Below, piece after piece: positions 39,488-49,828 of a DNA stretch of 64,000 nucleotides. The DNA lies in assembly GCA_965214095.1 (NCBI GenBank), contig OZ243938.1, forward strand, positions 4,704,001 to 4,768,000, read 5' to 3'. The position numbers were made by a program, and so were the translations under genes. This stretch comes from Candidatus Poribacteria bacterium (lineage in GTDB: Bacteria; Poribacteria; WGA-4E; WGA-3G). The stretch's first letter is position 1; each line of letters opens with the position of its first letter. Under the pieces are notes generated by a model. The model was given only the letters and a program-made list of their open reading frames with translations, was not told the origin of the DNA and did no database searches.

Positions 39488-41467
39488 ATGGATATTAACA
39501 ACGACTGTAGAAAGCACCGAATTACAAATCATCTCGGTGTTAAAGGTTGCCTTCACCTCTTAATTATCCTCATTTGCTTTACTATTACACCACGGATACA
39601 TGCGGAGGATGTATATAGTCTTTTCGGTAAGTTATTCCTATCCGGACGCGTAGAATATGACTTTACAAATAGACGGAATTTCCTTGCTGATACTGAAGAG
39701 GAACGAGTCAGACAAGACAATTTTGATTTTGACAGACTCTTTCGTCGCGGATTCCATAGTGTGTTAGTGATTGAGGAGACCGCTGGTAGTGTCAAAAACA
39801 TTCTCAGTCTGGGTGAAGTTCCTACCACTTTTACAAAGTTCACATTTGATCAGATTGATCTCAACGGTGTCCGTTGGGAAGTCCGTTCCCCCTATACCGA
39901 TTGGACAATCTTAATGGTTCCTGGCACACTCAACAGACTAAACGGTCAAGAGGGAAATATTGATGGTTCTGGTATCGGTTTGCGAGAAGTGACGAAATTC
40001 GGCAGATCCCAAATTGGTTTCTCTTGGTATTTCAGGAAAGCACCAGTCTATGCGGTGGATATGGAGACAAATTTTACAAATTATGGGTTGAAGGCAGAGG
40101 TTGCAATAACACCTAAGAGTTCCTTACGGAAAGACTTGGGATCCCGTTTTGAAGCGACTACTACCGTATTTAAAGCATTCCGTACCGTTGGAGACACCCT
40201 TTTTCAAGCAGAAGCATTTCGTGTCGGTCCGCGTTTTGACGCATCGCGTTCTGTAGGTGACAACGATGACCAAGATAGATACTCAGACAATACATTTCCT
40301 GACCCTCCATCACTGATAATTCCCGGTGATTTGGACAAAAATAACAACGGTTCCTTTGACTATGAAGACGACATTTTACTCTTTGATGTTGATGAAGATT
40401 TCCTTGATGAAACCGATAGGAATAATAACGGGGTTCGTGACGAGGAGGAAAATGATAAAGACCCAAATTACGAATTTGACATAGGTCTACAAGGCATACG
40501 ATTGTTCATGAATCAACAAATAACTCAGCAAAAGAGCATCATTGATCTGGATATTGGGGTGCAATATGAGAAGAATCTTAGACACCGCAATCAACCCACT
40601 TCAAGAAAAGCGTATGCTAACATAATATATCAAAAAGAACTCGCGCACGCCTCTTCATTGATTATTGAGAATGAAATCAAAGTAGTAGAAGACAATATAC
40701 CTGATGAAACTTGGTATTATGCCGGCTTTTTAACTTCGCAAGATGAAAATCTCTATCGTAGACAACCCGAAGTGCAGGAGAAGTTGTCTGATGAAAGCAT
40801 AGAGTTTTTCTATATAGATGGTGGTTCAGAACTTGAAAAACGGAGAAAAGACCCTTTATTGATGCAGAATGATCTGATTAACACTGCAAAATTCACATGG
40901 GAATATAAAGGGATTGATCGAATGATTACCACTGCACGGGGAAAGCTGCAATATGATATCGATTTCGACGGTGATAATGAACATTATGAAGTAGGCATTT
41001 TTAAATCTCTGTATCGCTTCCGACCATCAAAATCACTTGAAATCAGTCCGATGTTTAAATATACGATCCGCAACGGCTTCCGTATGGCAGAAGACCGGCT
41101 TGAATATCTCAATCTTCAAGGAAGGATTGATGAGAGAGATGTAACACGAGAAATCAGATTACGTCAATTTGACCAGGCACATGTGCGTGATATGACTCCT
41201 GCCCTTATTCTCAAAGTCGTTTATCAGTTCACAAAGACGATCAAATTAACAGGTGGTGGTCAGATCTTGTTATTCAACGACATGTTGGAAGATGACAACG
41301 ATTATGTACGTCAGGCATTATTGGCTGAAATGGAGAAGAGTTTTTTTGCTTATCGTAAGCAGCTTTTTTTACATATCGGGGCGCGATACATAGACCAACG
41401 TGCGATTGGGGATGTAAACGATCAAAACTTCATGGAAATATTTGTGCGGGTTTTCGGAAAATTTTAA
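39488..41467 (+). CDS. Putative outer-membrane beta-barrel with an acidic Ca-binding loop region
   Basis: Signal peptide (IHA|E); DNDDQD, DKNNNG and DRNNNG motifs; ends FVRVFGKF; colinear with 17797-21129. Confidence 0.7.
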   Translation: MDINNDCRKHRITNHLGVKGCLHLLIILICFTITPRIHAEDVYSLFGKLFLSGRVEYDFTNRRNFLADTEEERVRQDNFDFDRLFRRGFHSVLVIEETAGSVKNILSLGEVPTTFTKFTFDQIDLNGVRWEVRSPYTDWTILMVPGTLNRLNGQEGNIDGSGIGLREVTKFGRSQIGFSWYFRKAPVYAVDMETNFTNYGLKAEVAITPKSSLRKDLGSRFEATTTVFKAFRTVGDTLFQAEAFRVGPRFDASRSVGDNDDQDRYSDNTFPDPPSLIIPGDLDKNNNGSFDYEDDILLFDVDEDFLDETDRNNNGVRDEEENDKDPNYEFDIGLQGIRLFMNQQITQQKSIIDLDIGVQYEKNLRHRNQPTSRKAYANIIYQKELAHASSLIIENEIKVVEDNIPDETWYYAGFLTSQDENLYRRQPEVQEKLSDESIEFFYIDGGSELEKRRKDPLLMQNDLINTAKFTWEYKGIDRMITTARGKLQYDIDFDGDNEHYEVGIFKSLYRFRPSKSLEISPMFKYTIRNGFRMAEDRLEYLNLQGRIDERDVTREIRLRQFDQAHVRDMTPALILKVVYQFTKTIKLTGGGQILLFNDMLEDDNDYVRQALLAEMEKSFFAYRKQLFLHIGARYIDQRAIGDVNDQNFMEIFVRVFGKF

Positions 41468-41510
41468 CTTAGAACATTTGCGTTGATGTTTTGTCATATT
41501 AGATATATAT

Positions 41511-44486
41511 TTGTTAATGAGGAAAAAACAGATGAATATGAATGAATTACTTAATTTAAAATATACGATACCAGTATTGTTTTCTCGAACCACTTCCACA
41601 ATTACCTATAATAATAGCCGAGTATTGCGATTGATGTCCTGTTTGATAATTTTGGCAGTGCTCCTAATTGTCTATTGTTTACCTCAGCATGCTCATGCTA
41701 AGTTGTCACCATTTATTTTTTTTCATGGGACTCTTTTCAGTCAAACACCAAAGGATTCTGAAATAGCAGATAAGAAAATTGCTGAACAGAAAAAATCCGC
41801 TAAAATGAAGGATGAGAAAGAATACAAGGAAAACAAATCTATAAAGGTTTTGGACCCATCAGCATTTTATGGATCACAGGAAAACCGTTTGTTCTCCGGA
41901 CCACAAACTGGTGAAATGCTCCCACCGTTCCAAGTTAAAGGAATTGATGGTAAGAGATTTGATATAGCTACCCACACAGATGGAAAACCTATCGTTTTAT
42001 TCCTGCAAGATGCCAATGGTGTCGGCATAAAAGGTCTTGCAAATGCGATCCGCATGTTACAATATATTGATAGAATTCATAAACGACAAGAGACAACTAA
42101 TGCGGAACAATCTAATCGAGGACTACAGATAGGTGTTGTCATCCTCGCAGATGATATAGATGAATTGCCTGAATGGGCGCGGAATATGTATAAAAATGAA
42201 ATTCCAAATTTCGTATTAAGAGGAATATCTCAAGATGGACGTGAAGGACCAGGAAGCTATGGATTGAACCGTAATGTAGCACAGACCGTCATTGTGGCAA
42301 AAGATGGAAAAGTCTTGCACAATTTGGCTTTCACACAACCGATGCTCTATACAGACCCATACCTCCTTGGTGCCATCGCACAAGCGATTGAAGTAGAACC
42401 CGTTACACTGGAGAAGTGGCTGAATGAAGCGTCAGCGAAACGGTATAAGGAAGACGATTTGGACAAGAAGACAATCGCTTCTAAGTTTGCCGAACTTCAA
42501 ATAGCCATCAGGAATGGAAAAATACCAAGATCGGAGGTGGCAGAACATCTCAAAAAACTGGGAATCACTTGGGAAGAAGGTGAACAACTTCTCAAGAAGG
42601 CAGAAGGTGATACTCAGATGATGCACGGAGAACGCCGATACGAAAATCGTCGTCAAGTAGAAGTTGCTGACCCAGCAGATTTTGGCACGTCAGATGAAAA
42701 ACAGATATTTTCTGGACCGCAACCCGGTGAGAAACTTCCACCATTGAAGGCAACTGGGATACGCGGTGCAGCAAAAGGTAAAACATTCGATTTTATTGCC
42801 AAAACTGATGGACAACCGCTTGTCCTCCTCTTGCAAGACGAGAGTGGCGTTGGGTTGCGTGGGTTGTATGATATTGCAGGTGTTGTTGATAAAATATCCA
42901 ACAAATCCGACAAAGACTTGCACATCAGCGTTGTATTTTTCAGCGATGATTCCGCTGCGTTGAAACAAATCACACAGCATGTGCCGAAGAACGTTTCATT
43001 AGTCGGTATTTCTCCTGATGGTCGTGAAGGACCGGGGAACTACGGATTGAACCGTAATGTGGCACAGACAGTTATCATCGCAAAGGATGGAAAAGTGCTT
43101 CATAACTTCGCTTTCACACAACCTTTGCTCTATGCTGACCCACATGTCATCGGTGCCATAGCGCAGACAATTGGAGCGGATCCGTCATCAGTAGAGAAAT
43201 GGTTGAATGAAGCATCTGCTGAAGATGCACGTCCGGAACGCGGCGGAGGACAAATGGAGGATAAAAGCAGCCGCACGGAAGAGATACGCAAAGAACTCAA
43301 TAGACTTCGTGAAAAGTTGCAGCGCACAAAAGAAAGCCTCTCCGCAGCAATGACGAAGAGTAAAAAGGATAGACTTGCTCAATTGGGAGAACTGAGCGGA
43401 CAGCTCAAAGCGGATATGAAAGTATTGCGGCATCTAATTGAAACCGTCTCCGCAGCAAAGCGGGAGGGTAAAAAGATTGAGGTTGATCATCACTTGGAAG
43501 AACTGGTCAAACAGGTTGACGAAATGGCCAGCGGAATATCGCGGCATCTAACTGAAACCTTCTCCGCAGCAGAGCGGGAGAGCAAAAACCGATATAGTAG
43601 AGGTAACGTTGAAGTTAAGAATCCCGCTGAGTTCAAGAAGGTACAAGGCGCAACGCTCTTCTCTGGTCCACAACCCAGTGAAAAACTGCCACAATTGATG
43701 GTTAAGGGGCTCAATGGTGACGTTAAGGACAAAACTTACGATGTCATCGCCAAGGCAGATGGAGAACCACTCGTTCTTTTCCTTCAAGACGAAAGTGGTC
43801 TCGGTTTGCGTGGGTTAGCTGGTGTTTCTCGTCTACTCGCTCAAATCAACGAGAAGTCTAAACAGAAAATGCATATCAGTGCTGTGTTCTTAGGGGACAC
43901 ACCCGATACCTTGGAGAATCAAGCCAGTAAGTTAGTCCCACATATTCCTAATGGTGTCTTACTTGGTATCTCTCAGGACGGTCGGGAAGGTCCAGGCAGC
44001 TACGGGTTAAATCGTAATGTAGCGCAAACGGTTATCATCGCCAAAGATGGAAAAGTGCTTTACAACTTTGCTTTCGCACAACCGATGCTCCGTCCCGACC
44101 CTTATGTGCTTGGTGCTATCGGAGAAGCAATTGATGTCAAACCTGCTATGCTTGAAAGATGGTTGAACGTAAAAAATCCAATTATCAAAATCAAAAATCC
44201 CGCAGAGGGTGAAGAAGCTGGTAAAATGCTCTTAACCGGAACTCTTGTATTAAACGGATCAGTTGTACACTTAGATGGAACCGTTGTACAGTTTGATGAA
44301 TTGATTACATTCCTCCGTAACTTACCTGAAAAACAAAAATCTATGCTTATTATTCAATCAGAACAAGATGTACTTCATGAACAGATTGTCAAAGTGATGG
44401 ATATAGCAAAAGAGGCGGGTATTAAAGAAATTGGATTCGGACTTAATAATGTTAACAATAAGCGTATGGAAAGCGGCAGTGAATAA
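41511..44486 (+). CDS. Secreted protein with three redoxin-like repeats, coiled-coil inserts and a C-terminal ExbD-like domain
   Basis: Three copies of FSGPQ.GE.LP...DGREGPG.YGLNRNVAQTVI.AKDGKVL; ends LIIQSEQDVLHEQIVKVMDIAKEAGIKEIGF. Confidence 0.75.
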   Translation: MLMRKKQMNMNELLNLKYTIPVLFSRTTSTITYNNSRVLRLMSCLIILAVLLIVYCLPQHAHAKLSPFIFFHGTLFSQTPKDSEIADKKIAEQKKSAKMKDEKEYKENKSIKVLDPSAFYGSQENRLFSGPQTGEMLPPFQVKGIDGKRFDIATHTDGKPIVLFLQDANGVGIKGLANAIRMLQYIDRIHKRQETTNAEQSNRGLQIGVVILADDIDELPEWARNMYKNEIPNFVLRGISQDGREGPGSYGLNRNVAQTVIVAKDGKVLHNLAFTQPMLYTDPYLLGAIAQAIEVEPVTLEKWLNEASAKRYKEDDLDKKTIASKFAELQIAIRNGKIPRSEVAEHLKKLGITWEEGEQLLKKAEGDTQMMHGERRYENRRQVEVADPADFGTSDEKQIFSGPQPGEKLPPLKATGIRGAAKGKTFDFIAKTDGQPLVLLLQDESGVGLRGLYDIAGVVDKISNKSDKDLHISVVFFSDDSAALKQITQHVPKNVSLVGISPDGREGPGNYGLNRNVAQTVIIAKDGKVLHNFAFTQPLLYADPHVIGAIAQTIGADPSSVEKWLNEASAEDARPERGGGQMEDKSSRTEEIRKELNRLREKLQRTKESLSAAMTKSKKDRLAQLGELSGQLKADMKVLRHLIETVSAAKREGKKIEVDHHLEELVKQVDEMASGISRHLTETFSAAERESKNRYSRGNVEVKNPAEFKKVQGATLFSGPQPSEKLPQLMVKGLNGDVKDKTYDVIAKADGEPLVLFLQDESGLGLRGLAGVSRLLAQINEKSKQKMHISAVFLGDTPDTLENQASKLVPHIPNGVLLGISQDGREGPGSYGLNRNVAQTVIIAKDGKVLYNFAFAQPMLRPDPYVLGAIGEAIDVKPAMLERWLNVKNPIIKIKNPAEGEEAGKMLLTGTLVLNGSVVHLDGTVVQFDELITFLRNLPEKQKSMLIIQSEQDVLHEQIVKVMDIAKEAGIKEIGFGLNNVNNKRMESGSE

Positions 44487-44500
44487 ATGCGCGATGCAAA

Positions 44501-44567
44501 GTAGTAGGCACACTCCGTGTGCCGTAATCATTTCGCTTGTGGACGACACGCGGAGTGTGCCTACTAC
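44501..44567. repeat. Inverted GTAG-REP doublet
   Basis: GTAGTAGGCACACTCCGTGTGCCG...CACGCGGAGTGTGCCTACTAC; single copy at 54111-54136. Confidence 0.7.
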
Positions 44568-44667
44568 CATGTCCAAATGATTCTCAAGGTTGAAAACCCG
44601 CCAAATTGCCAAAGCGCATTTGACGTTGATTCAAAAAACAAAGCAGGTGTGATATGAGGAGAAACAA

Positions 44668-46029
44668 ATGAACGCAGTAAAACGATGTGATGGAGTCAGT
44701 CGTCGAGACTTCTTACGGGTTGGTGGATTAGCAGCACTTGGTTTAGGATTAGGTGACTTTTTTCACTTACAACGCGTCTTTGCAGACAATAATATCATCA
44801 CAGCAAAGGCAAAATCCTGTATCCTAATATGGTTGGATGGAGGTCCCAGTCATCTGGAAACCTTTGATCCGAAACCTGATGCTCCACAAGAGGTTCGAGG
44901 ACCACTGAAAACCATTCCTACAAATGTTACGGGAATACAAATTAGTGAATGCCTGGAACAAACAGCGAGTATAATGGATAAATTCGCGATCATTCGTTCA
45001 ATGACATCACCGCTTGGTGAACACAACCTTGGCACCCAATACTTGATGACAGGCTACAAACCTACACCTGCGTTGGAGTATCCGACTTTTGGATCAACGA
45101 TCGCCTATATCAGATCACAAAATGCTCAGAAGTCTGATGGTGATGCATTATCTGCTTTACCACCTAACATCGCAGTTCCAAACTTCACTGGTGAATTATC
45201 AGGAAACGGATACCTACCAAGTGCAACTCGCCCGTTTTCTGTTGGTGGTGAGTCCAAAGACAGTGATTTTAAGGTGCGCGACCTTGACTTTTATGAAGGG
45301 ATTGATTTGACGCGTCTTTCACGCCGTAAACAGTTTGTCAATGCACTCAATGAATTTAGTAATGCAAAAGACGCAGATGGCACTACAAAAACGGATCCGG
45401 ATTTAGAACGTGCCTACAATCTGATTACATCTCCTGAAGCAAAAGCTGCTTTTTCACTCTCAGAAGAACCGCGGGATATACGTCAACGTTATGGACAAGG
45501 CGGCGTGAACGGTATCGGACATGCATGTCTACTTGCACGAAGGTTAGTGGAACGAGGAGTTCCATTTGTGACAGTCAATCATGCTGGATGGGACACACAT
45601 CAAGATATATTCACACTCAAGGAACGTTATCCAACAGACAGAAATGCCCATCTGCCATCTCTTGATCGCGCATTGAGCGCGCTGATTCAAGACCTTACGG
45701 ACAGGCGTATGTTGGATGAAACGCTCGTTGTTGTCATGGGTGAGTTCGGTCGCACACCAAAAATTAACTCGCAAGGTGGACGGGATCATTGGCCTAATGT
45801 GTTCAGTGTGATGTTGGCTGGCGGCGGTGTGCAGGGAGGACAGATTATAGGGAGCAGCGATGCACTCGGTGAATTTCCAAAAGAACGTCTCGTGACACCA
45901 TCGGATCTCTCAGCTACAATCTACACGCTACTCGGCATTGACCCGAGTCTTGAACTTCATACCAGCGACGGGAGACCCGTACGCGTTGCCCCGGACGGTG
46001 CTAAGGTCGTTTCCGAATTATTTGCGTAA
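44668..46029 (+). CDS. DUF1501 family Tat-signal protein
   Basis: Motifs SRRDFL, GGPSHLETFDPKP, GWDTH, GEFGRTP and GRDHWP. Confidence 0.92.
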   Translation: MNAVKRCDGVSRRDFLRVGGLAALGLGLGDFFHLQRVFADNNIITAKAKSCILIWLDGGPSHLETFDPKPDAPQEVRGPLKTIPTNVTGIQISECLEQTASIMDKFAIIRSMTSPLGEHNLGTQYLMTGYKPTPALEYPTFGSTIAYIRSQNAQKSDGDALSALPPNIAVPNFTGELSGNGYLPSATRPFSVGGESKDSDFKVRDLDFYEGIDLTRLSRRKQFVNALNEFSNAKDADGTTKTDPDLERAYNLITSPEAKAAFSLSEEPRDIRQRYGQGGVNGIGHACLLARRLVERGVPFVTVNHAGWDTHQDIFTLKERYPTDRNAHLPSLDRALSALIQDLTDRRMLDETLVVVMGEFGRTPKINSQGGRDHWPNVFSVMLAGGGVQGGQIIGSSDALGEFPKERLVTPSDLSATIYTLLGIDPSLELHTSDGRPVRVAPDGAKVVSELFA

Positions 46030-46043
46030 GTACGAGGTGAATA

Positions 46044-48260
46044 ATGAAGGTAATCAAGATAATCCTAATCACATCGGTACTAACTTTGTGTGGATATTTG
46101 GTTCAAACTGTAACGTATGCCAATGAATACCAAACACCTAATCAATCCTCAGTTACGAATGATTTTGTTGATTTCGAGAATGACTTGATACCGATCTTTA
46201 CAAAGTTTGGGTGTAATGCTGGAGCATGTCATGGCTCAGCCGCAGGTAGAGGTGAGTTCAAGTTATCGCTCTTTGGCGGCAATCCACAAGCGGACTATAA
46301 GTCAATTGTTCGACAACTCGCGGGCAGACGTATCAACCTAATGCATCCTGAGCAAAGCCTTGTCATTCTAAAACCGACAGCACAAATCAGCCATGGAGGC
46401 GGTCAGGTCTTGGACGAAAATGGAGAAGCTGCGCGAATACTCCGCAACTGGATCCAACAAGGTGCCTCCTACGAAACGTTACGTCAATTAGAACGTATTG
46501 AAATATCACCACAAAAACAAGTGATAACAAATCTTGAAAGTCCAATTCAACTGCAAGCAAAGGCATTTTTTTCTGATGCTACATCGGAAGATGTTACTCG
46601 ATGGACTGTTTTTACGCCAGAGGATACATCCGCAATTGAAATTGATGAATCAACTGCGATAGCAAAATTGAATCGTCCAGGTCGGCAAATCATTCTTGCT
46701 CGTTACCTAACGGAAGTTGTACCGATAGAACTTATTGCACCTCTAAACAATGCAAAAATACAGAACAATCAAAATACAGTAGAAGAATCCCAACCTACAA
46801 CATCAGCTGACACAATCATTGATAACGAAGTTCATAAATTACTTTCTATTTTGAAATTGCCTACTTCTGACACTATAGATGATGTAACCTTTTTGCGGAG
46901 GGTGACACTTGATCTCACTGGACGTATTCCCACTACGGATGCGGTCAAAGCATATACAGCAGATGCCAGTAGAAAGAAAAGAGAGAATTTGGTTGATAAA
47001 TTGCTTGAGTCAAACGAATTCAACGAGTATTGGACTCTGCAATTTGCTAAACTGCTACGGATTGGTGCTAAGGAAAGAAACACACAAGGTGCGGATGTCT
47101 ACCACCAATGGCTTTCAAATCAGATTAGAAAAGGTGTTGGATATGACAAGATTGCGCGTTCTGTAATTTTGGCTACGGGTGATTCACATGAGATTGGTCC
47201 AGCGAATTTTTACCGAACTGTGAATGGTCCGCGTGAACAAGCGGAATTTATGAGTGAACTCTTCATGGGTGTCCGGTTGCGGTGTGCAAATTGTCATAAT
47301 CACCCACTCGACAAGTGGACACAGGACGATTATCACGGATTAACTGCAATCTTCGCAAAAATTGAAGATGAACAAGTCGTCAAAGTAAAACCTTCTGCTG
47401 AAGTTATTCATCCAGCAACACGAGAAAAGGCAATTCCACGTATTCCCGGTGAAGAGTACTTACCTTTAGATATCTCTGATGGTCGGGGTGAATTAGTTGA
47501 ATGGCTTACAAATACAGATAATCCATATTTTGCAAAAGCCATTGTGAATCGACTATGGAAAGCAATGATGGGTCGAGGTTTAGTTGAACCTGTTGATGAT
47601 TTTCGTTCAACCAATCCCGCCACACATCCTGAATTATTGACTGCTTTAGCAGAGGACTTTGTAAAACATGGATATGAAATGAGGCGAACACTACGACTCA
47701 TTGCCCTAAGTGACGCTTATGCACGCAGTTCCTATGCCCTACCGGAAAACAGATCAGATGATCGCTTCTACTCTCATACAGTAAAGAAACCACTATCACC
47801 AGAGGTGTTAGCTGATGCAATTTCTGATGTTCTTGGCGTGCCAGATTCGTATGGCAACGAACCGATAGGCACACGCGCTATCTCACTTGTTAATCCAAAT
47901 ACAGAATCTGACGCACTTGACATACTCGGTAGATGTTCACGTGAAACTTCATGCGAGAATTCGGATGAAGCAATCGACGGTCTTCAACGAAAACTTCATC
48001 TATTCAACGGTGACCTTCTCAATGCGCGAATCGGTGTTAAAGACAGTAGATTGGATAAACTGCTTACTCAAAATAAATCCGCGAGGGATATTGTTACAGA
48101 TTTCTACATTGCTGCATTAAGTCGGTATCCAACGGATAGTGATATAGCATTCTGGGAACAACACATTGATTTCAATACGTCTGCAGAATCACAACAGGCA
48201 GTTCTTGAGGATATGGTGTGGAGTCTCCTGACATGCAATGAATTTGTGATGAATCATTAA
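46044..48260 (+). CDS. DUF1549/DUF1553 planctomycete-type cytochrome-like protein
   Basis: Motifs GCNAGACHG, FLRRVTLDLTGRIP, CANCHNHP, NRLWKAMMGRGLVEPVDD and HPELL. Confidence 0.9.
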   Translation: MKVIKIILITSVLTLCGYLVQTVTYANEYQTPNQSSVTNDFVDFENDLIPIFTKFGCNAGACHGSAAGRGEFKLSLFGGNPQADYKSIVRQLAGRRINLMHPEQSLVILKPTAQISHGGGQVLDENGEAARILRNWIQQGASYETLRQLERIEISPQKQVITNLESPIQLQAKAFFSDATSEDVTRWTVFTPEDTSAIEIDESTAIAKLNRPGRQIILARYLTEVVPIELIAPLNNAKIQNNQNTVEESQPTTSADTIIDNEVHKLLSILKLPTSDTIDDVTFLRRVTLDLTGRIPTTDAVKAYTADASRKKRENLVDKLLESNEFNEYWTLQFAKLLRIGAKERNTQGADVYHQWLSNQIRKGVGYDKIARSVILATGDSHEIGPANFYRTVNGPREQAEFMSELFMGVRLRCANCHNHPLDKWTQDDYHGLTAIFAKIEDEQVVKVKPSAEVIHPATREKAIPRIPGEEYLPLDISDGRGELVEWLTNTDNPYFAKAIVNRLWKAMMGRGLVEPVDDFRSTNPATHPELLTALAEDFVKHGYEMRRTLRLIALSDAYARSSYALPENRSDDRFYSHTVKKPLSPEVLADAISDVLGVPDSYGNEPIGTRAISLVNPNTESDALDILGRCSRETSCENSDEAIDGLQRKLHLFNGDLLNARIGVKDSRLDKLLTQNKSARDIVTDFYIAALSRYPTDSDIAFWEQHIDFNTSAESQQAVLEDMVWSLLTCNEFVMNH

Positions 48261-48277
48261 CAAACCAAGAAATAAGT

Positions 48278-49621
48278 ATGTACCATAAAGACATTCTGGC
48301 AATCATAACAATAATATCTCTTCTTCTTCTTTTCATACCTTCTACTTCAGACCTATCTGCTAACCCTCAAACTGAAGTGGATTTTGAAAAGTCAATCTTA
48401 CCTATCTTACAGAACCGATGTTTCAAATGCCATAGTGCATCTAATATAGATCCAAACGGTAACGTCACCAAACCGAAGGGTGGTGTTCAACTGGACAGTG
48501 TGATGGGTATTCGGGAGAGTCTGCATGGTAAAGTTATAGTCGCAGGTGAACCTGATGATAGCCTTCTTTATCATCGTATTACATTACCAGAAGGCGAAAC
48601 AGGTATTATGCCACCAACAGAAGATAGCACTCCACTAACAAAACAGGAAACGGATCAATTTGAAGAGTGGATTAAGCAAGGTGCAGACTTTGGTGACTGG
48701 GAAGGGAATCAATCACAACACAATCCATCAAAATCAAACATACATCAACCTACCGTCATGCCGCCAATTACCTCACTTGTGTTTTCTCCAGATGGTAAAT
48801 CTGTGATTGCATGTTCACAAGCGGGATTGCATATTTACGATTATCCATCACTTAACCAAACAAAGTTGATGGAAGTGAAAGCATACAATATCCATGATGT
48901 CGCATTTTCACCCAATGGTGACCGGTTAGCAGTAGGCGGCGGCAATCCAGCAACTGCGGGTATTATAGAGATATTCTCATGGAATGAGTTAAAGTCACTC
49001 CGCTTCCTTAAACAACATAAAGATTCTGTTATGGCTGTATCTTGGCAGGATAATAATACTCTCGCCTCAGCAAGTTTGGACAGAAGTATCATCTTGTGGG
49101 ACCTATCAACAGGAAAACCGATTAAGCAGTTTGAAGGACATTCGCGAGGTGTATCATCTCTCTGTTTTCTCAATGACAATCAACTTCTTGTGAGTACTGG
49201 AATAGACCAAAACATTCGAGTTTGGGACTTAAATTCCGGTGAGTTACTACGAAGTATGAACAATCACACGCTTCCTGTACACGATCTTGCCTTACGTCCA
49301 AATGATTCTGGCCTACCTATGCTCGTTTCTGTAGGTGATGACAAAACCGTTCGATTCTGGCAACCGACAATCGGTAGAATGGTAAAGTTTGCTCGTTTGA
49401 AGGGAACACCGTTGGACGTATCGTGGATGCAAAACGGCACTCAAGTCATAACTGCCTGTGATGATGGTATGATACGTATTGTTGATCCAGAATCAGTGGA
49501 AATTACTGCCGAGATTCAAGGAATATCAGGTTGGATTTATGCCCTTGCGGTACATCCTACCGATGGTAGTATCACAATCGGCGGTGTAAACGGTCAAGTG
49601 AAACGGGTTATACCGAAGTAA
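48278..49621 (+). CDS. Planctomycete-type cytochrome c domain plus WD40 repeats
   Basis: ILPILQNRCFKCH...MPP...WIKQGA, followed by WD40 repeats. Confidence 0.88.
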   Translation: MYHKDILAIITIISLLLLFIPSTSDLSANPQTEVDFEKSILPILQNRCFKCHSASNIDPNGNVTKPKGGVQLDSVMGIRESLHGKVIVAGEPDDSLLYHRITLPEGETGIMPPTEDSTPLTKQETDQFEEWIKQGADFGDWEGNQSQHNPSKSNIHQPTVMPPITSLVFSPDGKSVIACSQAGLHIYDYPSLNQTKLMEVKAYNIHDVAFSPNGDRLAVGGGNPATAGIIEIFSWNELKSLRFLKQHKDSVMAVSWQDNNTLASASLDRSIILWDLSTGKPIKQFEGHSRGVSSLCFLNDNQLLVSTGIDQNIRVWDLNSGELLRSMNNHTLPVHDLALRPNDSGLPMLVSVGDDKTVRFWQPTIGRMVKFARLKGTPLDVSWMQNGTQVITACDDGMIRIVDPESVEITAEIQGISGWIYALAVHPTDGSITIGGVNGQVKRVIPK

Positions 49622-49627
49622 CGTCTA

Positions 49628-49767
49628 TTATAGTAAAAACCATAATTATTTATACACTACGGTAGGTTCGGTTTCCTAACCGAACCGATGTTTGTTCAGT
49701 TTCATAGATGCGGTTAGGAAACCGCATCTACTGGGGAGTGTGCCCGTGTTTTTACATATCACTATAT
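49628..49767. repeat. MITE-like family 1 copy
   Basis: Near-identical to 39271-39410. Confidence 0.8.
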
Positions 49768-49828
49768 AATAAAGACGTAGTCAGAACTTCAATTTGTGGA
49801 ATTTATATTAAACTTAAGGAAATCATTA

